Source: Phaeosaccion multiseriatum (taxonomy: Eukaryota; Protista; Ochrophyta, other classes). Taken from it: DNA of 64,000 nt. Location: the NCBI GenBank assembly GCA_965112735.1, contig OZ218960.1:1240001-1304000 (forward strand), given 5' to 3'. The translations under genes were made by a program, and so were the position numbers. This document shows, piece by piece, positions 34,747 through 48,112 of the stretch. Position 1 is the first letter of the stretch, and the number at the start of each line of letters is the position of its first letter. A model generated the notes under the pieces. It was not told where the DNA came from. It was given only the letters and a program-made list of their open reading frames with translations, and ran no database searches.

Positions 34747-37462
34747 TTCACACTTTCAGTTTCTTAGGTGGTTCCTATTAAGTCAATAAAGCACTCCCTC
34801 TACCCTCGCCTCATCCACCCATTCATCCACCCCCCCCTGCCTTCTACCACTTCCCTACCTTATGCTAGTGAGATCCTCCAGCAAATACTCAACGTAACCG
34901 TAGCTTGAGTTGGCCGGAATGGGGTCCGTCTCAAAGCCGCGGAAGGAGAAGGTGAAGGAGCCGCTGTCGGCCAGACACACGACACGCATCTTCTCGTTTT
35001 GCTGACCTGTACGATCGACACGGCAGTTCCGACAGTTACGACAGTTACGAATAGAGCAGGCAAGCGGCAAAGGGATAAAGGGGCAAGCATTCCAGTCATT
35101 GTGTGAAGAAAGTGGTGGGGCAAGCAGGGTGTAGAGGTAGGAGGCACTGTGAGTGTGCGGAAGGTACCGGTAGGGCGTGGGTGCGTGCGTGAGTGCGGTG
35201 CCGTCCTGCGGATACAGACAGAGAGATACACAATGAATGACCGCCGCAAACTGCCCATCCCCTCCCCTCCCCTCCCCTCCCCTCCCCTCCCCTCCCATCC
35301 CCTCCACCTCCCTCCCTCCCCTCCCCTCCCCTCACCTCACCTCCCCTCACCTCCCCTCCTCTTCGGTCCCTTCCCTTCTCTTCCTTCCCCTCCCCTCCCC
35401 CTCCCCTCCTCTACCCCCCTCCTTCCCCCCCCCTCTCCCCTCCCCTCCTCTCCACTCCCCCTCTCCCCCACTCCCCCGCATTCCCCTTCTTTACCCTCCC
35501 CTCCCCTTCCCTCCCCATATACCTCTAACCTGTGGTTAGAGGATCATCCCCGGTGGGGCAGCTCTGGCGGGAGCAATCGTAGCCGCTGTAGCTCCAGTCA
35601 CACACACACCCCTGTATCATGTCAGCGTCCCAGCGCTGAGGGTAGGTGTAGGCCACGTTGGGCCTCACGAGATTCCTCCCATCCCAATTAGAGGCCGCCT
35701 TCGGAGAGAGAGGGCGAGAGGGGGACAGGACGGAGGCGAGAGCGAGAGAGAGGCTTTAGGCTTAAAGAGAAAAAGAAGAACAAGAACAGGCTTAGGCTTA
35801 CAGAGAAAAAGAAGAAGAACAAGAACGACAAGACGAAGAAGAGGTTAGCAGGCGATTCCAGAAAGTGGAGGGGGTATCGTTGTTCTGCCTCTGCTGTTCT
35901 TTCTCGCTCAAGTTCTTCTTCTTTTGCTCGCGGGCTGACTGACTGACTGGCTGGCTGACTGATTGACTGGTTGACTGACTGACTGACTGACTGACTGACT
36001 GACCGACTGACTGGCTCACTGACTGACCGACTGACTGACTCATTGACTGACTGACTGACAGACTAACCTGAGACATGGTGAGACAAACTCCGTGCCCTGA
36101 GCACTCTTTTGACGGCACCGCCGATGGACAAGTCACTGTAGCGGGAAAGAAAGGAAGTAACGGAAGGAAGGAAGGAAGGAGCGAAGCATGTTAGTAAATA
36201 AGAGGAGGGGAGAGCAATGGAGGGGAGGGGAGGGGAGGGGAGAGTAGACAAGGGTGGAAAGGGGAGGGATGGAAGGGGGGGACGCGTAGAAGTACATGCA
36301 CAAAGGAAAGAATAAAGGTGACGCCCGCACACGTCCTTTCCCTCCTTCTTTCCCCTGCGCTTCATGCGTTTCATTGTCTTTCTTTGGTATTTGGCAGTGA
36401 CTGAGTCCGTGAGTGCGTGCTTGCGTGGGTGGGTGGGCGCGTGGGTGCGTGCGTGCGTGCGTGAGTGCATGGACACATGCTTACTTCTTTCACATGCGAG
36501 GCCCTCGAAGCCTGCCCGGCAGGTGCACGTCCCGGCCGAGTGGTCGCACGTGCCCATGTTGGAGCATTCCGTGTCTGCCGCGTGTGCCGTGTCCGTAGCA
36601 GATGCGATGTCGGACCAAGCAGGGCCGGCCGGGCAGACCTCTGCCCGCAGATGGGAGCAGCAGGTGGGCAGGGAGGGGAACGGGGGAGGGGAGGGGAGGG
36701 AAGGGGAGGGGATTGAGATAGGATAGGGTAGGGTAGGTAGGCAGACCATAGGATGGGTACGTAGACCATCGAGCGGGCCACGTGTGTGGTCACATACGTG
36801 GGTCATATGGTGAGTATGCCACTGCAAGTGTGTGGCCAAGCTCCTGTGTCCCAAGGGGGGACGCTCATTCATTCATCCCACTTTGTCGTGGAGCTGCTGC
36901 TGTCAAGGCTCAGCCTTCACTGTTCTGTGCACTCTCGTCAGTCTCTTAGAGGGGGGAGGTTGTGAGCCAGAAAGCTCTCTCGAGTCGAAGCCCGTCCCCA
37001 CCTCTCCACTCTTAAGTGATCGAGCAGTCGGGGGGCCTTCTCTTGAATACAAGTCCGGGCAATGACGACAAGCCAAGTACCGACGATGCAGATTGATCCG
37101 TCCTACTCACTTCGAAGGCAGGTGGGCCCAGTGTACCCGGAGAAGCAGGAGCACGTCCTGTTTAGATGCACCACTCCATTGCCGTTGCAGCAGCTTGCCC
37201 CCACCGAGTCACCAGCCGCTGCTGCTTCAGCGCCCCATTGTCGGCCAACGCCAATACCACCTCCGAGTAAGAGCGCTACTGGCCGGGTGGAGACCAGTAG
37301 AGGAACCACCACGCTCATTGCCGCTACCCTTCCCACCTGCGCCACGGCAGCACCAACAGCAGCAGCTCCTGTTGGGTGCGCCATACTGCCTCTGCCACGG
37401 GAGGCCAGCACAGCCAAGAGGGTGACTACACCCATCTGCAGCGGTCCGAGCCTCGACGACAT
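27551..37462 (-). CDS. Secreted Cys-rich EGF-like repeat protein (Sig1/Ocm mastigoneme-like or tenascin-like), many exons
   Basis: Two rounds of CP.G.AW.D..AH..ECSN.G.CD..G.C.C..GF.G.AC.R / CSGHG.C / WD..M..GC.CD / CPTGD modules. Ends [11 protein letters not shown]|[21 protein letters not shown]. The N-terminus is hydrophobic. Confidence 0.8.
30445..30950. repeat. (TCAC)n microsatellite starting exactly at an intron donor (GTGAGT.. on - strand)
   Basis: Direct inspection. Confidence 0.9.
33491..33610. repeat. 30-bp tandem repeat x4 (intronic)
   Basis: tgtgtcttactggagagggtggaaaggg.. units. Confidence 0.85.
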
Positions 37463-39263
37463 CCACGGGCGCCGGCGACGGGGTCGAGGGGAATGCCGCG
37501 AGTTGGCTTGAGATGAAGTGGATCCTTGACTGGTGCTGCCGCTGCTGCTGCTCCCGGCAGCCCTCTTCCGTCCCCTCTCTGAGCTGCTGTTACTGCTACT
37601 ACTGAGCACGATCGCACGAAATGGCGACTCGTCTTGCTCATCGCTACACGCTCTTGCATCCTTTCTTTCATCCAGAAAGGAGGAGCAGCCGCAGAGAGAC
37701 ATTTGTGGCATCCTTCTGCTACAAGCAGGTGCACAACAGGAGAAGCCGTAGGGTCATCAGGTGGAAGGTTACGACACACGAAGGTCCGATCCTCTTGTTC
37801 ACAGTATTTGGATATGTGAAAGGCGAGAGCCAGGTGAGCCAAGAGAAGGGGAAGATGGATCGAGATCAACCGTCAAGGCCACATAACTGAAATTGGTGGT
37901 ACAACTTGGGCGTCACGAAAGCTATTTTGGGCATCAGCGATCCCCTGGCCTACTGTAGGCCTTTTTTCCCCCCCACCCGGCCTAGGCCTATAGTGATACA
38001 TTACACAGTTACTCTACACACTGTGTACAAAGGGGAGAGAGAGCGTCACTTCCTGGGTGCATATCCTGCGAGTCCGCTCCTCCAAATCCTTCTCCCGACC
38101 AATGGCCCCGTTTGTCCTGCATACGTAAGTCCCGACGGGCGCTCCTTCGCTCTCCCTGATCAACTCTCTCCAAGCAGCGCGCTCTCGTGACCTTCCCTGC
38201 TCAGATATCCGCTCCATCAGGCTCCATCAGGCTCACAGCTGCACTGCCAGACACGGTCTCCTCCTCATCCTCGTCGTTGGCGGCTCCTCCTCCTCCTCCT
38301 CCTCCTCCTCCTCCACCACCACCACCACCAGTCAGTAACTGCCACAGGCACAGCCAGATCTCTCAGGCATCCCACCCAAGTTTCCAGTAGAAATACGGTC
38401 TCCAGCTACTACCGACAAGCGTCCGTCTTTCTCGCTCCCTACAACACGAAGCCTCCATGCTACAATGTTCGTCCCTCTATTGCTGTTGGAGGGACAAGGC
38501 TCTAGTGTCACCTTTCATACTATACAATGGAGCGAGCACGTCTAGGCCCGCCATGACCGCATGTGCGCCTCTCTATACCGGCTGCTGGCCCCTCCCTCCC
38601 ATAGGACTCCACTCAAGAGCCTCCTTCCTTCAAGTGACAAAGCCTCGCCCCAGCAGCTTGGCACGCCGCGGTGTCCCCTCGACACGTGCAGGCTCAATAC
38701 TTCCTCACCCCCTTACTCTCCCAGAGGAAAAAGAAAGAAGAATTCACTCTCCACTCCTCCTGTGCATAAAGAGACCTTTTGGAGTTCTCTTGGGGTTGCC
38801 ACTAATGTGCGTACATGTTTGTATCGACGCGCAGAGTGCTCGGCAAGGGGCAAGGAACGCATCTACGTTGGTTGCAACTCCAAGGGAAATGCAGGCACGG
38901 CCCGAGGAGCCATTGGACGACGGTTCTTGTCCGAGCAGGTCTGTCTGTAACCCGCCTTCGCCTTTGGGTTCCTATCAAAAGGCGGAGTTCACCTTCCCGA
39001 CCACCTGTATGCGTGACACACGCACGTAATTATACTTAACGCATACAGGTGCTTGGCAAAGGGATACACCCTTTTGGTAGAAACCAGAAGACAAAGCCAG
39101 ACATGGGTTGATGAGGACGGCGGTTCTTCACCGAGCTCACTCGTGCCTTAGCCTGTCACTGACTCCATCTTATAGAGATTGGATAGCTGGTGCTCCACCT
39201 CCCCTCCCAAAGAGACTTAGGATGACCTCCCTCCCTCACCTAGTGCTTGAAAAAGTGTCAACA

Positions 39264-40176
39264 TCAGTATCCGTCGTTGCTCCACTCGACGGTGTGGCCA
39301 CTGTACTTTTGTCTGAGTAGTTCGCAGGTGTGGGAGTGATCCGCCCGACCGAACTCCATTGAGTAGCCGTACACTGCTTGGTAAATTTGGGGAGATAAAT
39401 CAAACAATCAATCAATCAAGAGGGGGAGATCAATCAATCAATCAAGAGAGAGAGAGAGAGTGCGTGTGAGAGAGAGAGACAGAGATAGAGTCAGAGAGAG
39501 AGAGGGTGCCGGAGAGCGAGAGAGAGAGAATCACAAAGAGTACGGATGAAGGCCACACACACACCGTACCGTAGATTTCTTTCTCGTCATGCCTAATCCG
39601 CCCGCCCCCTGTGACCTTGGCACTCAAGCCCATCGACCTGTGATTGAGGGGGACACAAAGGCCGCACAGGAAGGGAAAAGATGGGGGCGCGGGGGAGGGA
39701 TTGGGCGGGGGGGCAGCAGCCAGCAGGGTGAGATCAGGGTGAGGTGCGAACTTGTCCGCCAACGTGTATCGTTGGGCTGCCTCTGCTGCCGCCTTGCACC
39801 CTGTCCCTCCTGTGAGTCACTCGACGGACCTCAGCATCTCGATGGTGTCTTTGGCGGCGTCCTTGTGGTACTCTGCCGCTTTCCTCCCTCGGATGAGGGT
39901 TTGCTTATCGCTCGGCACCGCCTCGCCCTCGACCTGGATCACCGCATACTTCTGCACAGTGTCTTCATCAATGGACACCACCTCCAGCTCGGGCAGGTCT
40001 CCTCCACTTGCCGCCATTGCAGACGACGAGTGGTATCGGTTGTTCCAACTCCGACTGGCTCCCCTCAAGGTGCAGGTGCTGGTCTGCTGCAGACTCAGGC
40101 CGAAGCTTGCAGAGGGCCTGAGGAGAGCAGCCGTGGACAGAAGAGGGAGAGCGAGGCGCCACGCGGAGCCACGCAT
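39264..40176 (-). CDS. PHPT1: 14-kDa phosphohistidine phosphatase (Janus/Ocnus family) with N-terminal presequence
   Basis: V.IDE..QKYAVIQV..LIRGRKAAEYHKD | ..VTGGGRIRHD | VYGYSMEFGRADH..CELL..WSNDGY*; the catalytic His motif is intact. Confidence 0.85.
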
Positions 40177-40319
40177 ATAGAGAAAAGGGCTAGTCGAAGA
40201 AGCACCGTCGGAAGATTTGCCGATTATCATTTGCCGTTGCGTAGGGTTACGTAACCTCGGGTAACCGTCAAGCATTTTCTCTCTGCCTTCCTTGGTCGGT
40301 GCTTGCCTCTTGGAGGACA

Positions 40320-41582
40320 ATGGAGGGCGACAGCGCTGGGTGCACTAGCACCCGCCCTGTTACGATGGCCAGGAGGAAGCGCCCTCGCCGAGTGGCAATC
40401 CACAGCGTGGGCGCGTCTCGGCGCGTATCTTGGTACGACGGGGCCTCTCCGGAGACCATTCTTCGCTGTATCCGAGCGGCCTTTAGCGTCCCTACGGATG
40501 CAAGCGTGGAGCTACGGACGGCGGAAGGGCAGGTCGTCACCGACTTTGGGGGGTGCGCGGACGGCGAGAGGGAGGAGGACGATGATGACAGAGGGGGCGA
40601 TGGTGTTGGTGGAGGAGGTGCTGCGAGTGGAGGTGTTGATGGTCGGCAGTGGCCGAGGCTGCATCTGTGGGTGGTTTACCCGATGGATGATTTAGCCAAC
40701 CAGGCCGAGTCCCGCGTCCAGTCCTTTCTCTACGATGGTGACGGCGGTCACAGTGGTGGTGATGGAGGAGGAGGAGGAGGTGGTAGTAGCGGTAGAGGCG
40801 GCGAAGCCGAGGGGAGAGAGCATATAATTGGTGATGACAGCCCTTCTGATAGCTGCATCGGGGCAGGATCAAGCTGGAGCATTCGAAGTCGGACGAGAGG
40901 GGGGTGCGGAGGAGCAGGGAGAGGGGACTCCCTTCAGGGCGAAGTGACAGCAGCCGGAGTAGAGGTGGATGATATGAGTGGAGACCGCGGCAGCAAGCCC
41001 GTCGGCGAGCGGACGCCCCTCCTCGGTGCTAGTACTGATGCTGGCAGACGTGTTTCCTGCCCCCCTACCAAGCTGCCACTCGCATCACCAGCCTCTGCCG
41101 GACCTTTCCAGCAGATCGTGTCACGCGCTGTCGCCGTGGCCATACACCCGCCCCCTCCGGACTCGACCGCTCTCACGTGGCTGCGACTCAAGCGCATTCT
41201 TGCGCACCTCGCCAACGAGCGAACGTACCTGGCGTGGGTGCGGACGTCCTCCAAGACTTTCACCGTGGCTCTCTTATGCCTCGCCCTCGCCAGTGAGAGC
41301 GAGGACTATGCTTCATCCGCAGGTAGCAGCAGCAGCGTCTACGCAAGGCAGTACGCGGCCGTGGGGTTTCTGTCCATGCTCATGACCCCTGTGACGGTGT
41401 GGGTCGCCTTGGAGAGGTACCACAGCGTGGATGTGGCCATGCGGGGGGGAGTGTATGACGTGTTCCACAGCTTCCGCCACGGGGAGGTGCAGAAGGTGGC
41501 CCTCACGCTGGCCTTGCTCGTGGGCCTGGCTCTGTTTTTGATCACGGTGGACATTGTCGAAACCATTCGTCAGAGCTCGTAA
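40320..41582 (+). CDS. DUF202/VTC1-like membrane protein with N-terminal beta-grasp-like domain (intronless)
   Basis: HLANERTYLAWVRT followed by three hydrophobic segments. Confidence 0.8.
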   Translation: MEGDSAGCTSTRPVTMARRKRPRRVAIHSVGASRRVSWYDGASPETILRCIRAAFSVPTDASVELRTAEGQVVTDFGGCADGEREEDDDDRGGDGVGGGGAASGGVDGRQWPRLHLWVVYPMDDLANQAESRVQSFLYDGDGGHSGGDGGGGGGGSSGRGGEAEGREHIIGDDSPSDSCIGAGSSWSIRSRTRGGCGGAGRGDSLQGEVTAAGVEVDDMSGDRGSKPVGERTPLLGASTDAGRRVSCPPTKLPLASPASAGPFQQIVSRAVAVAIHPPPPDSTALTWLRLKRILAHLANERTYLAWVRTSSKTFTVALLCLALASESEDYASSAGSSSSVYARQYAAVGFLSMLMTPVTVWVALERYHSVDVAMRGGVYDVFHSFRHGEVQKVALTLALLVGLALFLITVDIVETIRQSS

Positions 41583-41943
41583 AGCGAGGGCAGTGTGGTA
41601 GCGCCCGTAAGCAGGGGACGGGGGAGGGGGGATTAGAGGCCACACATGCCCAGAGGCAGTTAGTAGGAGAGGCGTCATCGGAGGGGTGGGCGGGCGGGAC
41701 GGGGCTTTCGCATGATAGACAGCTCTATTTTTGTATAGCAACTAGATGTATACGTGCGGGGGTTCCCTCAAACAGGACAAGAAGAAGAAAGAAAGAAAGA
41801 AGTCTACGACGTGGAAAACATGAAAGTCCAGAGAGAAGGAGGAGAGGGCATGGCTGCGGCTCACTTCTCGGTAAGCAAGGAGGGGGGGGAGGAGGAGAGG
41901 CGCAGCAATAGCGGCTGTAGAAAGACAAGCTGGCTACACGTTC

Positions 41944-43148
41944 TCAACGCTCCCTTGCTGGTAGGGCCGTTGGTGGTACGACTTCGTCTAGCGACCTCGC
42001 CAGCGTGGTTCGCAGGCCCACGGCCTCGTCGACCTTCACCCCATTATGGAGCATTGGGCTCCACCATCTCGCTGCAATAGATGGATACACGGATATATAC
42101 ACAGGCAGAGGAAGCAGTAAGACAAGGAGTATACAAAACACACACACACACACACATGCACGCACACACACACACATGTGTGGCGAATCGGTGCCAAAAG
42201 CTGCCATCGACCCTCACGACCCACCTGGCACCTTACGCTCGTGGTTGTGAAGCATGTCCGCTCCTTTGTTGATGAGGCCCGCATCTCTCTCAAGGCCAGC
42301 CGTGTACGCCACGTTCGTGAGCATCAGCTGCAACGGTCGGTGGTATGGCGGTAGCAGCGGTTGGTGATACAGATTAGCGGCAGCAGTTGGCGACATAGCA
42401 GCAGCAGAAGCAGTAGCAGTTGGTCATACAGGCGTGACAGTTTCACTCCCTCCCTCCCTCCCCCCAACCCATCACTCACTTCTAGATTGTGGAAGTTGCC
42501 AGCGAACTCCATGTCCCCCTTCCAGGCGTCGGGATGCATGACCCAGGGGGTCCAGAACTTGTACAGCAGATCTGTGTGGAGCACATAGCCATCATTGACG
42601 TGGTCCTTGCCGGCCGCCTGTTCAGTTTCAGTTTGAGTTTGCTTGAGCTTATCTAGACCATTGCATCCGTAGATGATTCATGATTGTCAACCAAGAGATC
42701 GAAAAGGCCACCCTCCCTCCCTCCCTCCCTCCCTCCCTTCCTCCCTTCCTGTCTCCCATATTGAACGCGTTCTTACCTCCTTGCCGAGAGGGCCCAGGAA
42801 GGCGCTGACAGGCCCCAGGAGGGACTTGAATGAAGGGGAGAAGCCTGGCCAGAAGACGGGAACGGGGTCGAGGCGTCGCAAATCGCCTACGTGCGTGTAG
42901 CTCTGGCACAACGAATAAGTAGAAGGAGGGAGGCCAAGCCAGAGAGAAGGGGGGGGGGGGCGTTGGTGGCGGTAGGGGTATATTGTGGAGGAGGAGGAGG
43001 AGCAGCAGCAGCAGCAGAGCGAGGAGGAGGAGGACATGGAGGAGGATGAGCAGGAGAAGAAAAAGGAGGACGAGCAGGAGATGCAGCAGCAGCAACAGCA
43101 GTAGTAGGAGTAGGAGGAGGAGTAGGAGAAGAGGAGTAGTAGGAGTAG

Positions 43149-43223
<75 letters not shown>

Positions 43224-43865
43224 GAGTAGTAGTAGTAGTAGGAGGAGTAGTCCGCCCCCACTTACCGGAGCGACGACGTTTAAAGGGGTAGGCACAACGT
43301 CCCCTCTCTGGTAGTAATGCCTGCATAGAGGAGAGGAGGAGGAGGAGGAGGAGGAGGAGGAGGAGGAGGAGGAGGGAGGAGGAGGCGGAGACAAGAAGGA
43401 AGCCAAGAGAAAACAAGATGAGCCACTGTGGTAGTGCTAGAAGAGGAGCAAGTAGTGATACACCAGCAGCAGTAGTTGGTGATACAGTAGACGTCACAGG
43501 CAATGACTGACTACTGGGTGGTCTTCGGGCCTGGTGTTGAGCTACTACCCTAGCGCGGCACCATCCGTGTACTTTACCCTACTCTGCCCTTACTACTCTA
43601 CCCTTCGCATACTCTACCCTACTCTGCCCTTACTACTCTGCCCTACTCTACACACCTGAAGTCGACATTCAAGTCACTGTGGGGTGGTCACGTGGTGATG
43701 ACGAAGGTGCAGGTCAGCAAGGACCACCAGCCAGAGAGCACAGCAGAGCGAAGAGTTAAGGGCACATGGAGGGGCGAGTGAGTGAGTGAGTGAGTGAGGG
43801 AGAGAGGATCAGCGGCAGGGGCACGTCGGGGCACGGTCTGCCTGTCAGTCCAAGAGCGGAGGCTA

Positions 43866-43953
<88 letters not shown>

Positions 43954-45165
43954 GAGAAGTCCTCCCCTCAACCTCACTTCACTCCGCTCCATTCCCGTCC
44001 ACTCAACTCCACGCCCTCGCCCAGGCCCGTTCCCACTCCCCTCCCACCCCCAACTCCACCCCCACTCCACCTTTTCATACCTGAAAGCTTTCTTCAGAGC
44101 CTTGCTCCCTACCGTTGGGCTGCAAAAGACCCTCCCGCGCACCTGCACCAGTCCTCCATCCGAGGCCTTGGCCCACTCCTTCACCTCCTTCTTCGATCCA
44201 TCCTCCGACGCCGCTTGGTACTCCTTGTGCTGGTTGACCTTCAGTACTACGTCAAGGGCGGCGACGGTGGCCAGTGCCGATCCTAGACTGTGTCCGCTCA
44301 TAGTGATGGTGTCTACCTTACCCACACCCTTGTTATCCTTGCTGCCACCAACTTGCAGATACTCCTCAACAACACCCATGACGGAGGCCATCAGCGAAGT
44401 GTCTAACCCAAAGTCCTCCACCACCTTCTTGTCCTGTGCGGGTTGTGCGACGTTTTTGAGCCCAGGGAGGCCTTGGGATACCTGTGTGTGTAAGTCAATC
44501 AACCACGGAGTGCCATCGATTAGAGAACGATGGAAGGAAGGAAGGAAGGAAGGAAGGAAGGAAGGCAGTACTCGACAGGCAGCTTCGCAATCGGTGAATG
44601 CAGCGTGATCACAGTGAGCGGGCCAAGTAACATGATGGTGTGTGTCGACTACAAGACTAACTGCCACTGCTTACCTCAGCCAGGAGGCTGCCGATATCGC
44701 CTGCCCACGAGGAATCGGAGTCCTCGCCCATGCTGGAAAACTCATCGTCGTCCCCATCACGTGAGTAGAGCCCCAAGAACCCCCTGTGAGTGAGTGAGTG
44801 AGTGAGTGAGTGAGTGAGGGAGGGAGAGGAGGAGGAGCAGGGAGATAAGGGGGGGTCAGGAGGAGGAAGAGGAGGAGGGGAAGGGGGAGGAGGAGCAGGG
44901 ACGAGGAGCAGGAGGGGGAGGAGGAGCAGGAGGAGGAGGAGGAGAAGGAGGAGGACGAGGACGAGGAGGAGCCCTCCACCCGTCTTGGCCTCCCGTATGT
45001 ACCTACCTGTGGATGCCAATGTTGTAACACTCCTTGCCCTTGTGCTCTGTTTTGATCGGCAGGAGGGGCATGAGGACGAGCCAGCGCAGCCAAGACACCC
45101 ACTTCTGCTCCCTCTCCTTGCGCTTGTGCCAAAGGACCTGTTTTGCGACCCACCCGTCACACATC

Positions 45166-45230
<65 letters not shown>

Positions 45231-46435
45231 GCAGGCCGACGGAAAGACAGAGAGAGCACAGCATATGGAGGGAGAGGTTGAAGGGGGGGAGAGTAAGGGA
45301 GAGTAGAGGCATATGGGGGAAGAGGGATGTAGAGGCGTATGGGCTTACTCACCATGCCGGCCTTGGCGTCCTCCTGCCACTCCATCGGGGTGAGTGTTCC
45401 TCTGAAGATGATGCTCAGGTCTTTAGTGCTCTCTGAGTAGCCCACAAAGCCGGCGAAGGTGGACTCCGCGGGGTCGGGATCGTCCACAGCCGCCAACAAA
45501 GCACTCGCGGTGGAGTAGAGCACTTTGACAACGACAAAGTCCTCAGGGAGGCTCTTGACGTTGGACTGGGGTGATGGATGCAGGGGGGGGGGGGGAGGGA
45601 GGAAGGGAGGGAGGGACGGAGGGAGAGACACAGAGGAGATGGACAGGCAGTGGGTGAGAGAGAGTCACGGGTGGAAGGAGGGAGGGGGGCGGGGGGCCAG
45701 GGAGAGAGGCAGACATGGAGGCCGCGCGGGGAAGAGGGAGGGGTGTGTACGGTTGCACGAGAGGAAGAGGCGAGGCAGTGCTATGTACGGGTGGGTCTAC
45801 TCATGACAACTGACACGCCCGTCCTCTCCTCCTCCCCCTCCTGTTCCTCTTCTCCCTTCTCCTCGTCCTACCTGTATGAACTTCCCGAGCAGATCTCTGA
45901 TGGCCTTGTTATCGTCATCCAGTTTCCCGTTCCCAAGGATACAGTTCCCGTAGTTTCTGTTCGTCGCCAGTGGGGCAATGGGGGGGGGGGGGGGGGGGAG
46001 GAGGAGAAGGAGAAGGAGCAGCAGAAGAAGAACAAGAAGAAGAAGAAGAAGAAAGAAGAAAGAAGAAAGAAGAAAGAAGAAGAAGAAGAAGAAGAAGAAG
46101 AAGAAGAAGGAGAGAGAAGGACGGCATGTTAGAGAAGCAAGAAGCCGCAATGGGAAGCATCATGGAGATGGAGGAACGGGAGGCAAATATGTATGTAAGC
46201 AGATGGGCAGAGAGTCAGACCGACCCTTCCCCCCCCCCTCTCTCGCTCTCTCTCTCCCTCCCCCTCCTCTCCTCCTACTCACTTGTTGGTCGAGTCAGTG
46301 ACGAAGAGATCGTACACGGCTTGCACCATTTCTCCGTACATTACGTCCCCCCCCACATCATCCGCCCGGAGCATGTCCTCCTTGACCTTTTCCACCTCAT
46401 TGGGCCGCTTTACTCGCATACCGAGGTAGATTCTG

Positions 46436-46469
<34 letters not shown>

Positions 46470-47510
46470 CACACAGAGAGAGAGAGAGACAGACACACAC
46501 AGAGAGAGAGAGAGAGAGTGGTACGAGGGCGGGAGGAGGCGAGATGGGGCGAGGAGCGATGGGAGTGTTCAGAGAGGAAAGGTGTTTCCCCCCTTCCTTT
46601 ACCGCTACGCAGGCCGTTAGTTGTTCACCTTCCCCCACCGCAGCAGCCCCCCCCCACACCCCTCCCCATAGGCCCCAACAGCAGCACTTACTCCAGATAC
46701 TTGTAGACGGAGAGTGCTCCCATCACCACCAATGCACCCACAATGGCCTTCTTGTTGCTTCCCTCGGGGAGCATGTCCACGACTCCGACGAGCTTGGACA
46801 CAGCGCCGAACACGGGACCAAGGAACATTTCTTTCAAGGCACCGACGAGCCCCCCTCCCGCATCGCTGAGTAGGAGGACGAGCGACGGAGGCAGGAGCAG
46901 TAGACGAACAAGAAGATCGGCTCAGCGAGGGTGTGGAGAGGAGGGGGTGTTAGGTATGGATGAGTGAGCCCTTCCTGGCTGCTCTCCATTTCATTTAGCA
47001 CCTTTCGCCACCTCCTCCTCATCCAGCAGCCCAGCAGGTCGCATCGGAGAGGAGGCTTCCTGTGGTATCAATGGTATCAGTAGCCTCCGTTGCCCCCTCC
47101 TGCCGCCTGCATTCGGCTTGCTTAGCTGCACCTTCCCCCAAGCAACATCTCTCCTCCCTTCAAGGAACACTATCGCATCGGAGAGGGAAAGGACTGCTCA
47201 TGTCAGTGCAGACGCACCTGAGGTTCAGCTGCGGCATGTCAATCGTCGACGGGCCAAGAAGGTTGAGTTGCAGAGCGCTTGATGCTGTTGCTGCGGCCTG
47301 TGCACGTGATCCCGGCCCTCGGGATGCTCCATTCGCCCCCCTTCCTGCCAGTGGTCTTCTCTGGCCATATCCTCGGCCTCCGCTGACTGCTGCTGCTGCT
47401 GCAGGTGCAGCTGGATTGAGGAAGGCCGCAGCTGGGGCATCGAGCAGTAGCACACAGAGCACAAGGACGGCTTTGCCCGCGCAGCAACCACCACTACGCA
47501 GCTCAGGCAT
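41944..47510 (-). CDS. Class-3 lipase, plant DAD1/PLA1-like (phospho/galactolipase), putatively plastid-targeted, many exons
   Basis: YGEMVQAVYD, AGFVGYS..IIFRGT..EW.ED, GFLGLY, ITMSGHSLGSALAT, VFCSPTVG, GDVVP, HNLE, RDAGLINKGADML..PRWW..NG. N-terminus VLVLCVLLLDAPAAA-FLNP. Confidence 0.85.
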
Positions 47511-47920
47511 CCTTTTTCTGGAGTGTGATATTCCTTCTCTTCATTTGGCCCCTCGTGCTTTACCTGCATGCTTACCTTGAAGCGGTGAAGAGGTGACGAG
47601 AAGGAAAGTCAGAAAATTTACAACACCCCGAATGACCGCAACTTCGCGTTGCGAAAAACTGGTCGGGGGAGGCACATGTTCCGTGAGAGAGAACCTACGC
47701 CAGTTGGTGATATGATAGGAGGTTCACAGGGTGCTGGCTTCCGTGCGTGCGCGTGCGTGCGCGCGTGTGTGTGTGCGTGTGTATAATGTGTGTGTGATTG
47801 CGTGTGTGTGCCAGGCTCTAACTTGTTCGCAATTCCGGACATGAAGTGTCCATACTCCACTCGGCTTTGGACAAGGTTACAGTGTGTACCAGGCCGAAAA
47901 GAAAGAAAGAAAGGCTGGCT

Positions 47921-48026
47921 GGTCACCGGCTGTAATCAGCAATCAGGCCGGCTGGAGCTGCCGATAATCAGTAATCAAGGCGGGCTGGCGCCATAAAAGG
48001 AATCAGATAATCTTGTCCAGGGCCGA
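47921..48026. repeat. Left arm of imperfect inverted repeat flanking the LOX segment
   Basis: 48001-48026 is 25/26 identical to the reverse complement of 54673-54698. 47935-47955 is 20/21 identical to the reverse complement of 54731-54751. Internal taatcag motifs. Confidence 0.8.
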
Positions 48027-48112
48027 CTCCACACCCAGGGAGCTGCCTGTGCAAGGTGTTGAGGTTTGAACAGGTTGATGACGACCACCACCACGACGAT
48101 GCCGACGACGAC

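Noticed and set aside
37900-39100. Short ORFs including 38457-39029
   Set aside because: No recognisable motif, splice pattern or coding bias; treated as intergenic
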